A DNA stretch of 63,194 bases, filler included, from Octopus bimaculoides (GCF_001194135.2; 7 parts of 6 records of this genome joined end to end with filler, not necessarily neighbours in it), one strand, 5' to 3'. Positions 47,725 through 61,155 are shown, numbered from the whole stretch's first letter. Notes: generated from the sequence alone by a model not told the origin. Program-made: numbers and translations.

Positions 47725-49390
47725 TATATGCTTATATATGTATATATTCTTCTTCCTTCCCTACCGGACCAGGTCACGAAGTGTTAAACGAACACGTTTG
47801 ACCATACTAATACGAAAGCCACGCCTTGTACCTTCTTCTTCTCAGTTTTTTTACTTCTTTCTTCTCCCTTGCTTGGCAAACCCCACAATTTCTTTTTATA
47901 TATAACAGGCCAAATAATCTAAATTTAAACCCCTTTTTGATAAATCTGATAAAGGAAGAAAGCCTAAACGTGTAAATAAAATGTAGATAAAAAATATATA
48001 CACTCTTCCAGCATTGTGACTACCTTATTATTCTAAATATACAATATTTGTACGTCACTTTATAAGCTCTCGTTCTATATATATTTAGTGGCATGGAACC
48101 CGAACGAAACTCTTTTGAATAATATATATATTATATGTATGCATATATCTTGTAAATATTAATGTATACACGCACAAATATTCAGAGAATGATAGATCAT
48201 TTGTTAAACTTGAAGAATATCTAGCAAATGGTAACAACGAAAAAAGGAAGAAACGAAAGATAATTAAATTTTTGAAATGTAGAATAATATATATTAAAGT
48301 ATCATATTCTGTATTTGGCAATCAATAAAGACAATAAGCACGACCTCATCATGCTTCAACTGAGGCTGCTACCATATAGGTCGGAAAATCACAGCTCCTC
48401 TTATCTGTGCTACACTTTCTTTTGAGCTCAAACTAAAGATGTGATGGTATTTTATTGTAGCATGGCAAGACTTCGTTGGAGTACTGTCGGTCGTCTGCCA
48501 AACAGTCTTGTCCACTAGAGATGTTAAACTAGTACAAACATTTCTTTAAGAGACAAAGAGCTAAATATACAATCTCTTTCTCACACAATAAAGCAAAACC
48601 AAGATAATTGAGCTTCTATCAGAAAGCATGAAATAGCGAGAGTGATTAAAACGATCAACATACTCTGAAGTATTTTCTTCTTTGGTGTATGCACAGGCGA
48701 TGAAATTGCATCCCAGATGTTGCTTCTACGCCGTGACTTCTAATCCAATATGACAGTGTTGGCGCCAGCTCCAGTTCTTTTAATTAGACTATTGTTAAAA
48801 GCTATGAAACAGTGTAGATTAAGGGTAACTTTTCTCTTATATGATTCACTGGAATTAAATGATGATATGTGGCTAAACAAAGAGACACATATGTGCACAT
48901 TGTTGAATGACGTTTGTCTGCTCTGAATTCATCTGCTCATTGATAAATCTCGATTTCCATCCTGCAGGGTATCCAAAATACCCCTCCTAACAATCAAGGT
49001 TTTTAGGTTACATGATTCAAGTGCCTCACTTAAACAAGCTGTCTAATGATAAATGTGATCTGTACTACATATATTCCATAAATATGTAGATTATATACTC
49101 GCATAATATACATTTCATAGAATGTATATATGATATCCATATCTATATAGCTGAGGTTGTGAGTGTGTGTGTGTGTGTGTTGCATCTATAGAAATCCTCA
49201 CCTTACAAGATAGCAAACTGGGAGTCGCACCAATGGATTTCTCATGGTCGAAAATGACCGGAATAGGCCATTTATTATTTTTTTTATTGCTTCCTAAGAC
49301 GTGAATTTTTGTATTAAAAATAATTTTAAACCAAAACTTATAACAATTTTAAAGTCGGAGCATGAGTTAAGTCCCCTTATAGCGACGGTG

Positions 49391-49630
49391 ATCCTTCGCA
49401 AACGTTCACCTATTATTTTGTAAACAATGTTACGAAACTGTTCATGTTTTCGCCGTTTCTCCACAACTAATTTCCAAATTTGCTGAATCCGTTGCTCTAC
49501 TTATACCGACATATAGCTGGTCGTGTGTGAACATGGGAGAGAGCAGAAGTTACCAGACCAAAAATCCTAAGTGTTCACTGTAGATACGATCCGTCGCAAA
49601 CGATCAATTATTTTGTAAACAATGGTACGA
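49391..49630. repeat. Tandem repeat of about 197-bp period running into a gap
   Basis: gatcc.tcgcaaacg.tca..tattattttgtaaacaatg.tacga at about 49391 and 49588. Confidence 0.7.
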
Positions 49631-49713
49631 ANNNNNNNNNNNNNNNNNNNNNNNNNNNNNNNNNNNNNNNNNNNNNNNNNNNNNNNNNNTATATATATAT
49701 ATATATATATATA

Positions 49714-50086
49714 TGCTTTCGGTGCAAATGTTTTTGTTATACGACGCCGTATTTTACAATCATGTAAATAATAATAATAATGGTATATTTTATATAAGCT
49801 TCAAGTTTATGGCGTTCACCGTGCAATGACTAAGGGATATAGTCTAATAACGAGGCATATAAGCACACACTCATGTTAACAAAGGGATGTGGATTCGCGT
49901 CCCAAGCGGATGGGAAAGCCTTCTCTTTTCTGTCGAGGGCTTATATGCTCCGTTAGTACACTATTTTCGTTAGTCACTGCACGGTGAACGGCTTAAGCTT
50001 TAAGCTTATGCCGAAAATGCCATTATTATTATTTACAGGATTGTAAAATACGGCACCGTATAATAAAGCGATTCGCACCGAAAGCA
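49714..50086. mobile_element. Foldback MITE with about 150-bp imperfect TIRs
   Basis: tgctttcggtgc..ccgtattttacaatc.tgtaaataataataa..gttcaccgtgca versus tgcacggtgaac..ttattattatttacaggattgtaaaatacgg..gcaccgaaagca. Confidence 0.85.
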
Positions 50087-50392
50087 GACTATCAACTTAA
50101 ACAACACTTTATTCAGGTGGTAAATATATACATCTTTAGTTCTTGTTGTTACAGCTTCTGTGTGTATGAACATAGTTGTTGGGACGTTGTTCTGTAGTTG
50201 TAAGCGAGCTGTCGAGCGTAAGTCCGAAAGATGTAGAGAGACAGCTTAACACATAAAGAGACTGGCTCCAGGTTGGAGTATTAGAGACACTCTTGACACG
50301 TCCGTGCTCATGGTCGGCCGACCGTAAAAGAAATAGAATTAAGCGGGAACGCTTGCTTGTTTAATTCCACGCATGCGCACGGCGTTACTACA

Positions 50393-50445
<53 letters not shown>

Positions 50446-50447
<2 letters not shown>

Positions 50448-50745
50448 TTGCTATAGCCTCAGGCTGATCAAAATCTTGTGAGTGGATTTCGTACTCGGAA
50501 ACTGAAAGAAGATTGTCGTATATATGTGTATATTTGTGTATGTGTGTGCCTGTGTCTTGTGTTTGTACCCCCATCATTCCTTGACAACTGATGTTGCTGT
50601 GTTTACATTCCTGTAACATAGCGGTTTGGAAAAAGACACTGACACAATGCAGCAAGGAATAAATCCTGTGGTTGATTTCTTCGACCAACGACGGTGCTAC
50701 ACCATGGCCGCAGTCACATGACTGAAACAAGTAAAGCAATAAAAA
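50446..50745 (+). mobile_element. SINE family A, 5'-truncated
   Basis: ctatagcctc..gtgagtggattt..gaaactgaaagaag..gactgaaacaagtaaa. Confidence 0.8.
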
Positions 50746-50763
50746 TCTATGCCATTTTAATCC

Positions 50764-50790
50764 CGAGCAAGGCCGGGTATCTCTGCTAGT
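50764..50790 (+). mobile_element. Helitron-like 3' terminus (related copy at 57547-57573)
   Basis: GC-rich cccgagcaaggccggg hairpin followed by ctgCTAGt. Confidence 0.5.
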
Positions 50791-52047
50791 ATATAATAAA
50801 TCTAAAATATTACATGTATGTGTGTGTGTGTGTGTATTCGTGGCAATGCAAGTGTGTTGGTTACTATCTTATATCTGTATATTTATATGTGTACTACAAT
50901 ATTGAATCGCAAATCCCTCTTTGAAATTTTTTTTCTCCAGACCATAGTTTTTCTCTCTCTTCACTTTTCACTCGAATTTTCATTCTTCCAGATCATTTCT
51001 CGCCTACTTATATACACACGGAGCAATTTTTTATCATTCACCCACAGGAAATCTACATAACAATTTTTGCCCATTAATTATAACTTGCTTTTGTCTTGTC
51101 GCATCCAATTAGCAATCATAAACGAATAACTTTTACTTGACGGATAATAATAAGTTTCACGTCCGTAATATACATTGGTAGATGCCTGCTAGTTAGATGC
51201 AATAAATCAAGTCGAATTTTAACATGAAATATTAAATGTTTTTTTGTGATCACCAGATGCCTTGTAATTGACAATAAATTATTTCCCCGGGGGAACTTCG
51301 AAAATCAGTGTACAAATTTCCCCTAACTCGCAGAACATTGATTCCTGTCTTATGTCTAGAAGAGCGTTAGGGAAAGAAACATCTTTTCCCCTCTCCTTCT
51401 CCCCACCTCTCTCTTTCTCTCTCTCTCGCTCTCTCTCTCCTCTCTCTCTCTCTCTATCTCTCTTTCTATCTATCTATATATCTGTCTGTGTATCTGTGTT
51501 TTATTTATGCTTTTGTCTCCTTTTCATTCTTCTTATCTGTGGCTCATTTGTTTTTTTGTTTTAGGAACTTAATGTGGAAGATATTACATCGTTACTGATT
51601 ACAGGGAACCATTCAAATGTTCTGTTATGGAAAATTATCCAGAAAATAAGTATTTAACTACATCATACGAACATTGGATAACTATTACATTTATAGCATT
51701 TATGAATATATCAACTCTTGAGATTAAGATTGGCAGTATGCAAATGAGTATTAATGTAAATTAGGAAACCATTTCCTTCCTTTTTCAAGAGAGAAATACA
51801 AAGTTAATATTTTTCTTCTGTTTAGCATCTTTATACTCTTTGTATACTCAGTGGAATGCTGTGTGAAACAGTGATGATCAGATTCAATACTTTACTTTAC
51901 AATATTAAGGTTCTTCCTTTGTGTTTCGTGCATCTAGAATCATTGTGCGAAATTCGAATGAAATAGCGATATTATATTCAAGGAATATATTGATCTTCTG
52001 ACTGGAAACGATGTTGCCTGCAAATCGCCCTATCTTACTAACAGTAC

Positions 52048-52118
<71 letters not shown>

Positions 52119-52370
52119 TACATACATACATACATACATACACACACATATATATTTAAGAAATATAAATATTATTAAAAATAATATTGCTATTCAGCCA
52201 ACACCATAAAACGTGGAATTATATATATAAAAAGCAGATGTACACAAAGTACGATCATTGCTAGAAATAGTAACCGGTAAGCTATCGGTGCTATGTAGAG
52301 CTTCACTGAATGCTTACAGGCAGAGATGTTTGTGGGTGGTGAATATAGGAACATTCTGTGTTAACCTCTC

Positions 52371-52757
52371 ATGAACAAATTGAATGCAACATGTAGGAAT
52401 GGCTCTAGCTTTTCCTTAGAAGGAAAAATGTGTACAGAATCCTAGAATATTAAGTATTAGACCTGGAAAGTAAAGTACAGAACAAGCAGTAATTAAGCCT
52501 GAAAAAATACAGAACAAGAGGAAAAAAGATTCAACTTAAAAGGTAAGATAATAATAAATGCCCTTTTATATATTTCGTTTACGTTAAAATTTAACTTAGA
52601 ATACTCAAGGACCTATTTATATTCAGTTTTAGTGAAAAGAATTATTGCCTGCAGGTTTACACATTAACAATTTGATATTATAAATCTATGCATTTATACA
52701 ATTATGAACCTTAAGAAAAAGCTAGCCATTCCTACATGTTGCACTTAATTTGTTCAT
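52371..52757. mobile_element. MITE-like element with about 47-bp inverted repeats
   Basis: atgaacaaattgaatgcaacatgtaggaatggct..agctttt versus aaaagctagccattcctacatgttgcacttaatttgttcat. Confidence 0.7.
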
Positions 52758-54149
52758 TAGATTTCAGTTTTTTTAAAAATATTTTTCTAACTGTAACTAG
52801 AAAATACTTGTTATTTGATAATGCTAACTTGAAAGAAATTCTTTTGTTTCTTCAAAAACATTTTGTTTTTACTACTTTCTATTCTTTTGAATTACATATA
52901 CTCTACATAAGCTTAAGTTTATAACACACTATCTATGATTTAAAACTTTTGGATAATGAGTTTTTCCAGAAAATAAAATTATGAAAATATAATACAGAAA
53001 TGTTTTAGCTTAGTACAAAGGATTTTTTTCAAAAATATTAACTCAATTTTAAAAAATTTGTTATAAAACGTAAAAATTAAAAAAAAAAAAAAAGTGCACA
53101 CAGTATTTGATGAACAATTTCAGAAATTTATTTAGCAAATTCTTACTTCAGTAGCAATGTTTTAAGTGTATTTTCTCCTCGTCCTGTAATTTTTCAGGCT
53201 TAATTACTGCTTTCCTAAGTTCAATACTTAAGAATATTCTAGGATCATGCACGCATTTTCCATTGTTCACCTTTTCCAGGCATGCTTCTATTATTATAAT
53301 TAATTGTATTTGCCTGTATCTATACTATAAAAGGCAAATTTTCTCTGTGTGTGTGTATGTTTAAAATTCATACATTTATACAATTCCAAATTTCTTCTAT
53401 TAAACAATCGCAATTAATATTCTAAATACAATAAGTTAGGTCACTGCGTCATTTTTTCATTCCCAAAATTTCCTAATAATGAATAACATCCGTAAAACTA
53501 CAGAAGTAAACATTTTCTCCCTAATAAAATCTAATTTCCTCTTTCTAATACAAATCCTTTCAACTCCTACTTCCTCTCATGAACCTTTACGAAAACTCCA
53601 ACAACAAATACAAAAAGAAAGGAAGGAGAAAAAGAAAACTATCAAAACTGAAACAATCACATTTCGATACTGTAATGACAGATTCTAAAAATTACATACA
53701 AAATGACTTTGCCCCTCTAAAATTAACTATTTCTATTCCTCTTACACAGCGTTTCAATTGCTACTTTCTCTTATGAACGTTTACGAATGATCCAAGAAAA
53801 AAGACAAAGAAACGAAGGGGAGTGAGTGTCAAATAAACAGACACACTGCCAATCATACGTAAATACACACAAATATATGTACCTATGGTTACCAATGACC
53901 TCATTCTAATTGGCGGGAATTATAAGTTTACTTTCCATTTCTAACACCGTCATTTACCAGCGAGACATCTTACTCAAATACGATCAACAAACATTTATTC
54001 CCTACAAGCTGTGAGTTTTTTTTTTNNNNNNNNNNNNNNNNNNNNNNNNNNNNNNNNNNNNNNNNNNNNTTAATTAATTAANNNNNNNNNNNNNNNNNNN
54101 NNNNNNNNNNNNNNNNNNNNNNNNNTTTTTTTCCATAAATATATATAAT

Positions 54150-54265
54150 ATAATCTATATAAGGGCATTATATCGGTAAACATGTGCTTATTTTGGTAGT
54201 TTTGACTTATCAAGTCCCTCTAAGCGTGAGGCTTTATTTTATAATAATGCCCTTATATAGATTAT
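54150..54265. repeat. Perfect 22-bp inverted repeat with 72-bp spacer
   Basis: ataatctatataagggcattat / ataatgcccttatatagattat; related aatgcccttatata at about 22913. Confidence 0.85.
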
Positions 54266-54283
54266 TTTATAAAATATATATAT

Positions 54284-54680
54284 CTTTTACTCTCTTTTAC
54301 TTGTTTCAGTCAATTGACTGCGGCCATGCTGGAGCACCGCCTTTAGTCGAGCAAGTCGACCCCGGGACTTATTCTTTGTAAGCCTAGTACTTATTCTATC
54401 GGTCTCTTTTGCCGAACCGCTAAGTGACAGGGACATAACACACCAGCATCGGTTGTCAAGCAATGCTAGGGGGACAAACACAAACATACACACACACATA
54501 TATATATGCATATATACGACGGGCTTCTTTCAGTTTCCGTCTACCAAATCCACTCACAAGGCTTTGGTCGGCCCGAGGCTATAGCAGAAGAAACTTCCGT
54601 AAATTGCCGTGCAGTGTGACTGAACCCGGAACCATGTGGTTGGTAAGCAAGCTACTTACCACACAGCCACTCCTGCGCCT
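54284..54680 (-). mobile_element. SINE family A, complete and young-looking
   Basis: Reverse complement of the 47187 element, from the ggcgcaggagtggctgtgtgg head to the (AAAAGAG)n tail. Confidence 0.9.
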
Positions 54681-54769
54681 ATATACATATATATACATAT
54701 CTCCATCGGTCCCCCAGCATCTTCCAACTCGTCTTTTTTTAGGTCTTCAATTTATTTATTTTTGCCATT

Positions 54770-55160
54770 TCTTCTGTTTCATGTCTTTCCCTCACTTTCT
54801 CTCTCTCCTTCTTTTTCCTTTTATTCCTTTCTTCTTACTCTCTTTCCTTCTTTCTTCATTTCTTTCTATCTTTCTTCTTCTTTCTACGTAGTGTTTCTTC
54901 TTTCTTCTTCTTCATTCTCCTTTCTCTTTCTTCTTCATTCTTCATTCTTCTCTCTCTTTCTTCTGTATCCTTCTTCTTTCCTTTTCTTCATCTTTCTTCC
55001 TTCCTTTCCTTCATTCTTCCTCTTCTTTCTTCTTCATCCTTCTTTCCCCTTCTTCATTCTTTTCTTTCTTCATCCTTCTTTCCATTTCTTCTTCTCCTTC
55101 TTCATTGTTCTCCTTCTTCATTCTTCTTCTTCTCCTTCTTCTTCTTCTTCTTCTTCTTCT
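54770..55160. repeat. About 390-bp polypyrimidine/(TTC)n tract
   Basis: Direct composition. Confidence 0.95.
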
Positions 55161-55288
55161 TCACACACGCACATATACACACACATATATAAGCACACAT
55201 ACACATACATTTATACACGATGTACTTCAACACAGTCTCCATCTATCAAATTTACTCACATGGCATCGATCGGACAGTGAATCTAGAG

Positions 55289-55698
55289 CAGCGTTTCTCA
55301 ACAACCCTTTTTTCACCTATAGACCCCTTTGGTCCCTATTTTACTCGGATGGACCCTCCTTGCCCATTACCCTTCAGTATTCAAACCGGCCATATCCAGC
55401 CAAAACATTTTACCTGTGTTATATATTCAAACCGGTCAGATCTGGCCTCTCACACCAACCCTACATTATCATTCTAAAAATTAACAGCCACCTCATACGG
55501 ACTCTCAAAAGCATTACTTTTGACAAAATACTGTGAATGCTAAAGGGTTTTTTTTTTTTAATCTATTGAATAGAAAAATTATTAAAATATTTTGTATATC
55601 GATTGTAGAAGTATAACCAATTTATAGCAAATAAATTTTAACAACAAAATCCTATATGAACACCCAAGGGCCGTATGGAACCCGGTCGAGAACTGCTG
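55289..55698. mobile_element. hAT (Charlie-like) MITE
   Basis: TIRs cagcgtttctcaac / gtcgagaactgctg; 8-bp TSD atctagag / atctatag. Confidence 0.85.
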
Positions 55699-56436
55699 AT
55701 CTATAGAACTAACTATCTTATCTAATGCAGGNNNNNNNNNNNNNNNNNNNNNNNNNNNNNNNNNNNNNNNNNNNNNNNNNNNNNNNNNNNNNNNNNNNNN
55801 NNNNNNNNNNNNNNNNNNNNNNNNNNNNNNNNNNNNNNNNNNNNNNNNNNNNNNNNNNNNNNNNNNNNNNNNNNNNNNNNNNNNNNNNNNNNNNNNNNNN
55901 NNNNNNNNNNNNNNNNNNNNNNNNNNNNNNNNNNNNNNNNNNNNNNNNNNNNNNNNNNNNNNNNNNNNNNNNNNNNNNNNNNNNNNNNNNNNNNNNNNNN
56001 NNNNNNNNNNNNNNNNNNNNNNNNNNNNNNNNNNNNNNNNNNNNNNNNNNNNNNNNNNNNNNNNNNNNNNNNNNNNNNNNNNNNNNNNNNNNNNNNNNNN
56101 NNNNNNNNNNNNNNNNNNNNNNNNNNNNNNNNNNNNNNNNNNNNNNNNNNNNNNNNNNNNNNNNNNNNNNNNNNNNNNNNNNNNNNNNNNNNNNNNNNNN
56201 NNNNNNNNNNNNNNNNNNNNNNNNNNNNNNNNNNNNNNNNNNNNNNNNNNNNNNNNNNNNNNNNNNNNNNNNNNNNNNNNNNNNNNNNNNNNNNNNNNNN
56301 NNNNNNNNNNNNNNNNNNNNNNNNNNNNNNNNNNNNNNNNNNNNNNNNNNNNNNNNNNNNNNNNNNNNNNNNNNNNNNNNNNNNNNNNNNNNNNNNNNCT
56401 TCTGTCGCCGCCGCCGCTGCCATCGCTGCTGCCGCT

Positions 56437-56472
<36 letters not shown>

Positions 56473-56981
56473 CTTATTTCTATGACTTCAGTGTCCAACG
56501 TGTCATATATTTTAGAAAATAGAGTGTGATTTGAAGCAGATTTGGCTGCTATTTCTGGCGGGTTGACGGACTACGCGCCTTCGTTAGCCGTAGTGGTAGT
56601 AGAAGAGGTACGGCGGCGGCGGCGGTGGTGGTGATGGTGGTGGTGATGGTGATGGTGATGGTGGTGGTGGTGGTGGTGAACTGAATGCGAAGAAGAGACT
56701 CGCTCGCCATTACAACAGACACCGGTATTTGATGATGTGAGATGATTCTATCATCATACCTACGTGCGCAAGAGCATGCACACTGACGGCCCATATAAAA
56801 CCAACATTCACATGCCTACAGAACATCTGCATTCAAATGCAGCCTCGCAAGCACACACACTATATAAGCACACACACACACACACACTGTATTCTCACAC
56901 ACATACACACATATGCTGGCGAGTTTGATCATACGCTTAACTCGTGTATAAGCTCATGTTCGGCCAAAAGTTTATTCATAA

Positions 56982-57185
56982 AGCGCAGGCGTGGCCGTCT
57001 GGTAAGAAGTTTGCTTCTCAACCACATGGTTCCGGGTTCGGGTCCACTGCGTGGCACCTTGGGTAAGTCTTCAGCTATAGCTTCGGGCCGACCAAAGCCT
57101 TGTGAATGGAAACTGGAAGAAGCCTGTCATGTGTGTTTGTGTGTGTGTGTGTGTGAGTGAGTGTGTGTGTGTGTGTGTGTGTGTG
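56982..57185 (+). mobile_element. SINE family A, 5' half running into gap
   Basis: gcgcaggcgtggccgtctggtaagaag..ggttccgggttcgggtccactgcgtggcaccttggg. Confidence 0.85.
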
Positions 57186-57285
57186 NNNNNNNNNNNNNNN
57201 NNNNNNNNNNNNNNNNNNNNNNNNNNNNNTTAATTAATTAANNNNNNNNNNNNNNNNNNNNNNNNNNNNNNNNNNNNNNNNNNNN

Positions 57286-57324
<39 letters not shown>

Positions 57325-58267
57325 TTTCTTGCAGGACGGGTTCCTAACCTATGGGCAAAGAGGGGTTAGATGATGGCGGTGGTGTTTTCAAAGGGCTGGC
57401 ATGTGTAACCTGATCACCTCTGCCGATCAAACTCCCAACCCATGCGCTCCAGTTGCAACACTGATTCTGCCCAAATTTGACGTCGATGTCACTTAGTTTG
57501 GTTTGAAATAAAGAACTTGATTAGCTTAATAAACCCAACTTAATCCTGGGCAAAGCCGGGCTATACTGCTAGTGTCACATATAGCTAGCTGTTTGATACA
57601 ATTATTTCTTTTACACTGTTCCGTCAATATTAATTTATTCTTTTCTCAAAATCGTTACGAATTTCCATATGAACATTTAAGGTGTCAACACCCAATTGAA
57701 TACTATAGTCTGTGCACTAGAAATGGTAATAGGTAGACCTCGTAAATTATCAGATGTCGGTATTGGTTACCTACACTTATACTGATATTTTCAGGAATGA
57801 TGTATCTGTTGACGGACAATCACGCCTTCTCTTGTCGAAATTTAGTAATTTGCAATACAATGAAATTACTTTTAATAATATTCAATAAAATTGTTGGTGT
57901 ACAGCGTTTTCCCGGAAGTGTGTTATTTCTTGTAATTGAAGAATGTAATTGTTTCTTTAGCTAATATCTAATGCTAAAATATAGAAGAGAGTGAACAATA
58001 GCGCTACATTACTAACATGTAAATAGTTTTGTATGATATATGATACTGTTGTATCATAGTTCAGATTTCTTAACTAGACTCCATTAATTTATTCATATAT
58101 TTTTAGAATAATTGATAGTAACAATTTTTCATTGAGAAATCGATATGATCTATATGCATACATATGTATCTATCTCCCTCTCTTTCTTTTTCTCTCCACA
58201 TATGTGTGTGTGTGTGTGTGAGTGTTTCATATATATTTCTATACATCTATAAGTATATATAATATAA

Positions 58268-58315
<48 letters not shown>

Positions 58316-59259
58316 ATATNNNNNNNNNNNNNNNNNNNNNNNNNNNNNNNNNNNNNNNNNNNNNNNNNNNNNNNNNNNNNNNNNNNNNNNNNNNNNNNNN
58401 NNNNNNNNNNNNNNNNNNNNNNNNNNNNNNNNNNNNNNNNNNNNNNNNNNNNNNNNNNNNNNNNNNNNNNNNNNNNNNNNNNNNNNNNNNNNNNNNNNNN
58501 NNNNNNNNNNNNNNNNNNNNNNNNNNNNNNNNNNNNNNNNNNNNNNNNNNNNNNNNNNNNNNNNNNNNNNNNNNNNNNNNNNNNNNNNNNNNNNNNNNNN
58601 NNNNNNNNNNNNNNNNNNNNNNNNNNNNNNNNNNNNNNNNNNNNNNNNNNNNNNNNNNNNNNNNNNNNNNNNNNNNNNNNNNNNNNNNNNNNNNNNNNNN
58701 NNNNNNNNNNNNNNNNNNNNNNNNNNNNNNNNNNNNNNNNNNNNNNNNNNNNNNNNNNNNNNNNNNNNNNNNNNNNNNNNNNNNNNNNNNNNNNNNNNNN
58801 NNNNNNNNNNNNNNNNNNNNNNNNNNNNNNNNNNNNNNNNNNNNNNNNNNNNNNNNNNNNNNNNNNNNNNNNNNNNNNNNNNNNNNNNNNNNNNNNNNNN
58901 NNNNNNNNNNNNNNNNNNNNNNNNNNNNNNNNNNNNNNNNNNNNNNNNNNNNNNNNNNNNNNNNNNNNNNNNNNNNNNNNNNNNNNNNNNNNNNNNNNNN
59001 NNNNNNNNNNNNNNNNNNNNNNNNNNNNNNNNNNNNNNNNNNNNNNNNNNNNNNNNNNNNNNNNNNNNNNNNNNNNNNNNNNNNNNNNNNNNNNNNNNNN
59101 NNNNNNNNNNNNNTTAGAGAACATGTATTATTTATTTAAAAATTTATTAATGAGGGTAGAAATTGATATTGATCAATTAAAACCAGTGGTCTAGCATATT
59201 AAAAAATCCGAAGATTAAAATTATATTACATACAAGAATAAGAGGAATGACCAGCAAAT

Positions 59260-59689
59260 GTGGATTCCTGAATGCTAGAAATAGATGCCGAATCATCCAA
59301 CCACGAAAAAGAATGTTCTCAGTAGAAAAAATCATAAATTAACTGCAGAATTATTTTCCGGACGTAGCGCGCCAGATTTGAAGACATTTGAAAGGATACA
59401 CTGAGTGTAATTCACGGAGCTCTACACGTGTTCACCTACGGGTGGATGGCTTGTGTCTCGCTCGGTGTGTTACATTCTAAAGGAGACAGATTTACGCTGA
59501 TGACCCCGCAGATATTTACTTATGTAAATGTTAACAGGTGAAACCATGGTACGTAAATTAATCGTATTTTAGTATTTTTCATTTGTCTTACTCATTTACA
59601 GTCTGTTGTGTCGCTGATTTTTTCTACTGAGAACATTCTTTTTCGTGGTTGGATGATTCGGCATCTATTTCTAGCATTCAGGAATCCAC
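59260..59689. repeat. Perfect 75-bp inverted repeat (59260-59334 / 59615-59689) ending at a gap
   Basis: Base-by-base reverse complement. Confidence 0.9.
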
Positions 59690-60082
59690 NNNNNNNNNNN
59701 NNNNNNNNNNNNNNNNNNNNNNNNNNNNNNNNNTTAATTAATTAANNNNNNNNNNNNNNNNNNNNNNNNNNNNNNNNNNNNNNNNNNNNTTTAGACACAT
59801 ATATATATACGTATATATATACACATACATATATTTAGACACATATATATACATATATATATATATAGATATACGTATATGTATATATATGTACATATAC
59901 CTATACATATATATGCATGTCTGCGTATATATATATATATATTTCTATTTATATATATATATATATAGATATACATACATACATGTGTGTGTATATACAT
60001 GCATACATGCATATATATATGTATATATATATATATACACACACACATACATACATGTGTATGTATATACATGCATACATGC

Positions 60083-60117
<35 letters not shown>

Positions 60118-60201
60118 CACATGCACATATATATATATGCACACCCACACACACGCACATGGTTATATTTTTATATGTTGGATTGCCAAATATTATCAAT
60201 G

Positions 60202-60975
60202 TCACATAGCTTGATTATTTATTATATTTTCTTTCTGTGCTGTCGGGTCAAGGCAAGTTCGTTCTGGATTTTGCTGCCAAAGTCTCAGTTCATAATTATT
60301 CTGTGCCGCTGAGTCTTTTGGCTCCGCTCTGCACTGAGGTGATAACCTCCAGTATGGTGGCGTTTGTTCTTTGGGATCAGATCCACCACCACCACCACAC
60401 TGCGGCGATAGCCTCCAGTGTGGAGTCGCGTCATAGGGCTCAACGCCACACTGAGGTGACATTCTGCGGGATGGGGAAGAGTCGTTCGGTTCCGTGCCAC
60501 ATTGTGGAGGCGACAGCCTCCATTGTTGGCTGCGTTCGAAGTCCCTCATTTTGGGGGACGGTGACATGTGTCGGCTGGGAATGTTTATCACGGTGGTCGT
60601 CGTAGCTGCCGTGCTCGCCGGTGGCAAGGAAGTAGGAGGCATAGTCGGCGGTTGGGGCGGCGGCGGTGGCGACGGAGGCTGGGGAGGTGGCGACGGAGGC
60701 GACGGCGGTGGAGGCACAGGCAAAACATCCGGCGGCGACGGGATTCGCTCTGTCTGTCGACCGTGGGGCAGGACTGTCTGGCTGCTCAGTGTACACCAGA
60801 GAGGCAGGCTTGTGTTCAGGCTGGCTGGTATATCACTAGGAGGAAGAGGGTTACTGTTGCGGTTGGCAATGATTTCCGGGAGGTTCCTTTTTTCTTCAGA
60901 GACACTTTTTATTTGCACAGTCTGGTTACGGCATTTCCATTCTGTCCAAATCCGATACTGATACCGAAATGCAAC
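60202..60975 (-). CDS. Main exon of putative secreted proline-rich repeat protein
   Basis: GC-rich open frame VAFRYQYRIWTEWKCRNQ...PPPPSPPSPPPQPP...four W/R-R-L/M-S-P-Q-C repeats...NNQAM*. Preceded by acceptor atcgctatctatttccag (phase 0). Confidence 0.65.
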   Translation of the reverse strand, partial: VAFRYQYRIWTEWKCRNQTVQIKSVSEEKRNLPEIIANRNSNPLPPSDIPASLNTSLPLWCTLSSQTVLPHGRQTERIPSPPDVLPVPPPPSPPSPPPQPPSPPPPPQPPTMPPTSLPPASTAATTTTVINIPSRHMSPSPKMRDFERSQQWRLSPPQCGTEPNDSSPSRRMSPQCGVEPYDATPHWRLSPQCGGGGGSDPKEQTPPYWRLSPQCRAEPKDSAAQNNYELRLWQQNPERTCLDPTAQKENIINNQAM

Positions 60976-61086
60976 CTGGAAATAGATAGCGATATATTTA
61001 TATTGAGTATAAAAAACTATATATACATATATATAACTGAATAGGTAAAAGGCAAGAATGGTGCGTAGCGTTAGATTGAATAATAC

Positions 61087-61155
61087 GGTCCAATATTTAA
61101 ATAGAAACAGAAGAAGAACGAACAGAAAACTCACACAAGATGGGACGTTACTCAT
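61087..61155 (-). CDS. Candidate first exon (signal-peptide-like) of the Pro-rich protein
   Basis: MSNVPSCVSFLFVLLLFLFKYWT then gtatta donor at 61086 in phase 0, compatible with the acceptor at 60976. Confidence 0.45.

Noticed and set aside
54463-55536. Phe/Leu/Ser-rich multi-TM-looking ORFs
   Set aside because: Translation of a (TTC)n/pyrimidine tract and SINE sequence.
59791-60214. Tyr/Ile/His/Cys-rich ORFs (also 47030-47588 and 62602-62947)
   Set aside because: Translations of (TA)n/(CA)n microsatellites.
60237-61044. Plus-strand and alternative-frame ORFs over the GC-rich exon
   Set aside because: Shadow ORFs of GC-rich sequence; the minus-strand 317-aa frame is longest and has matching splice sites and peptide repeats.
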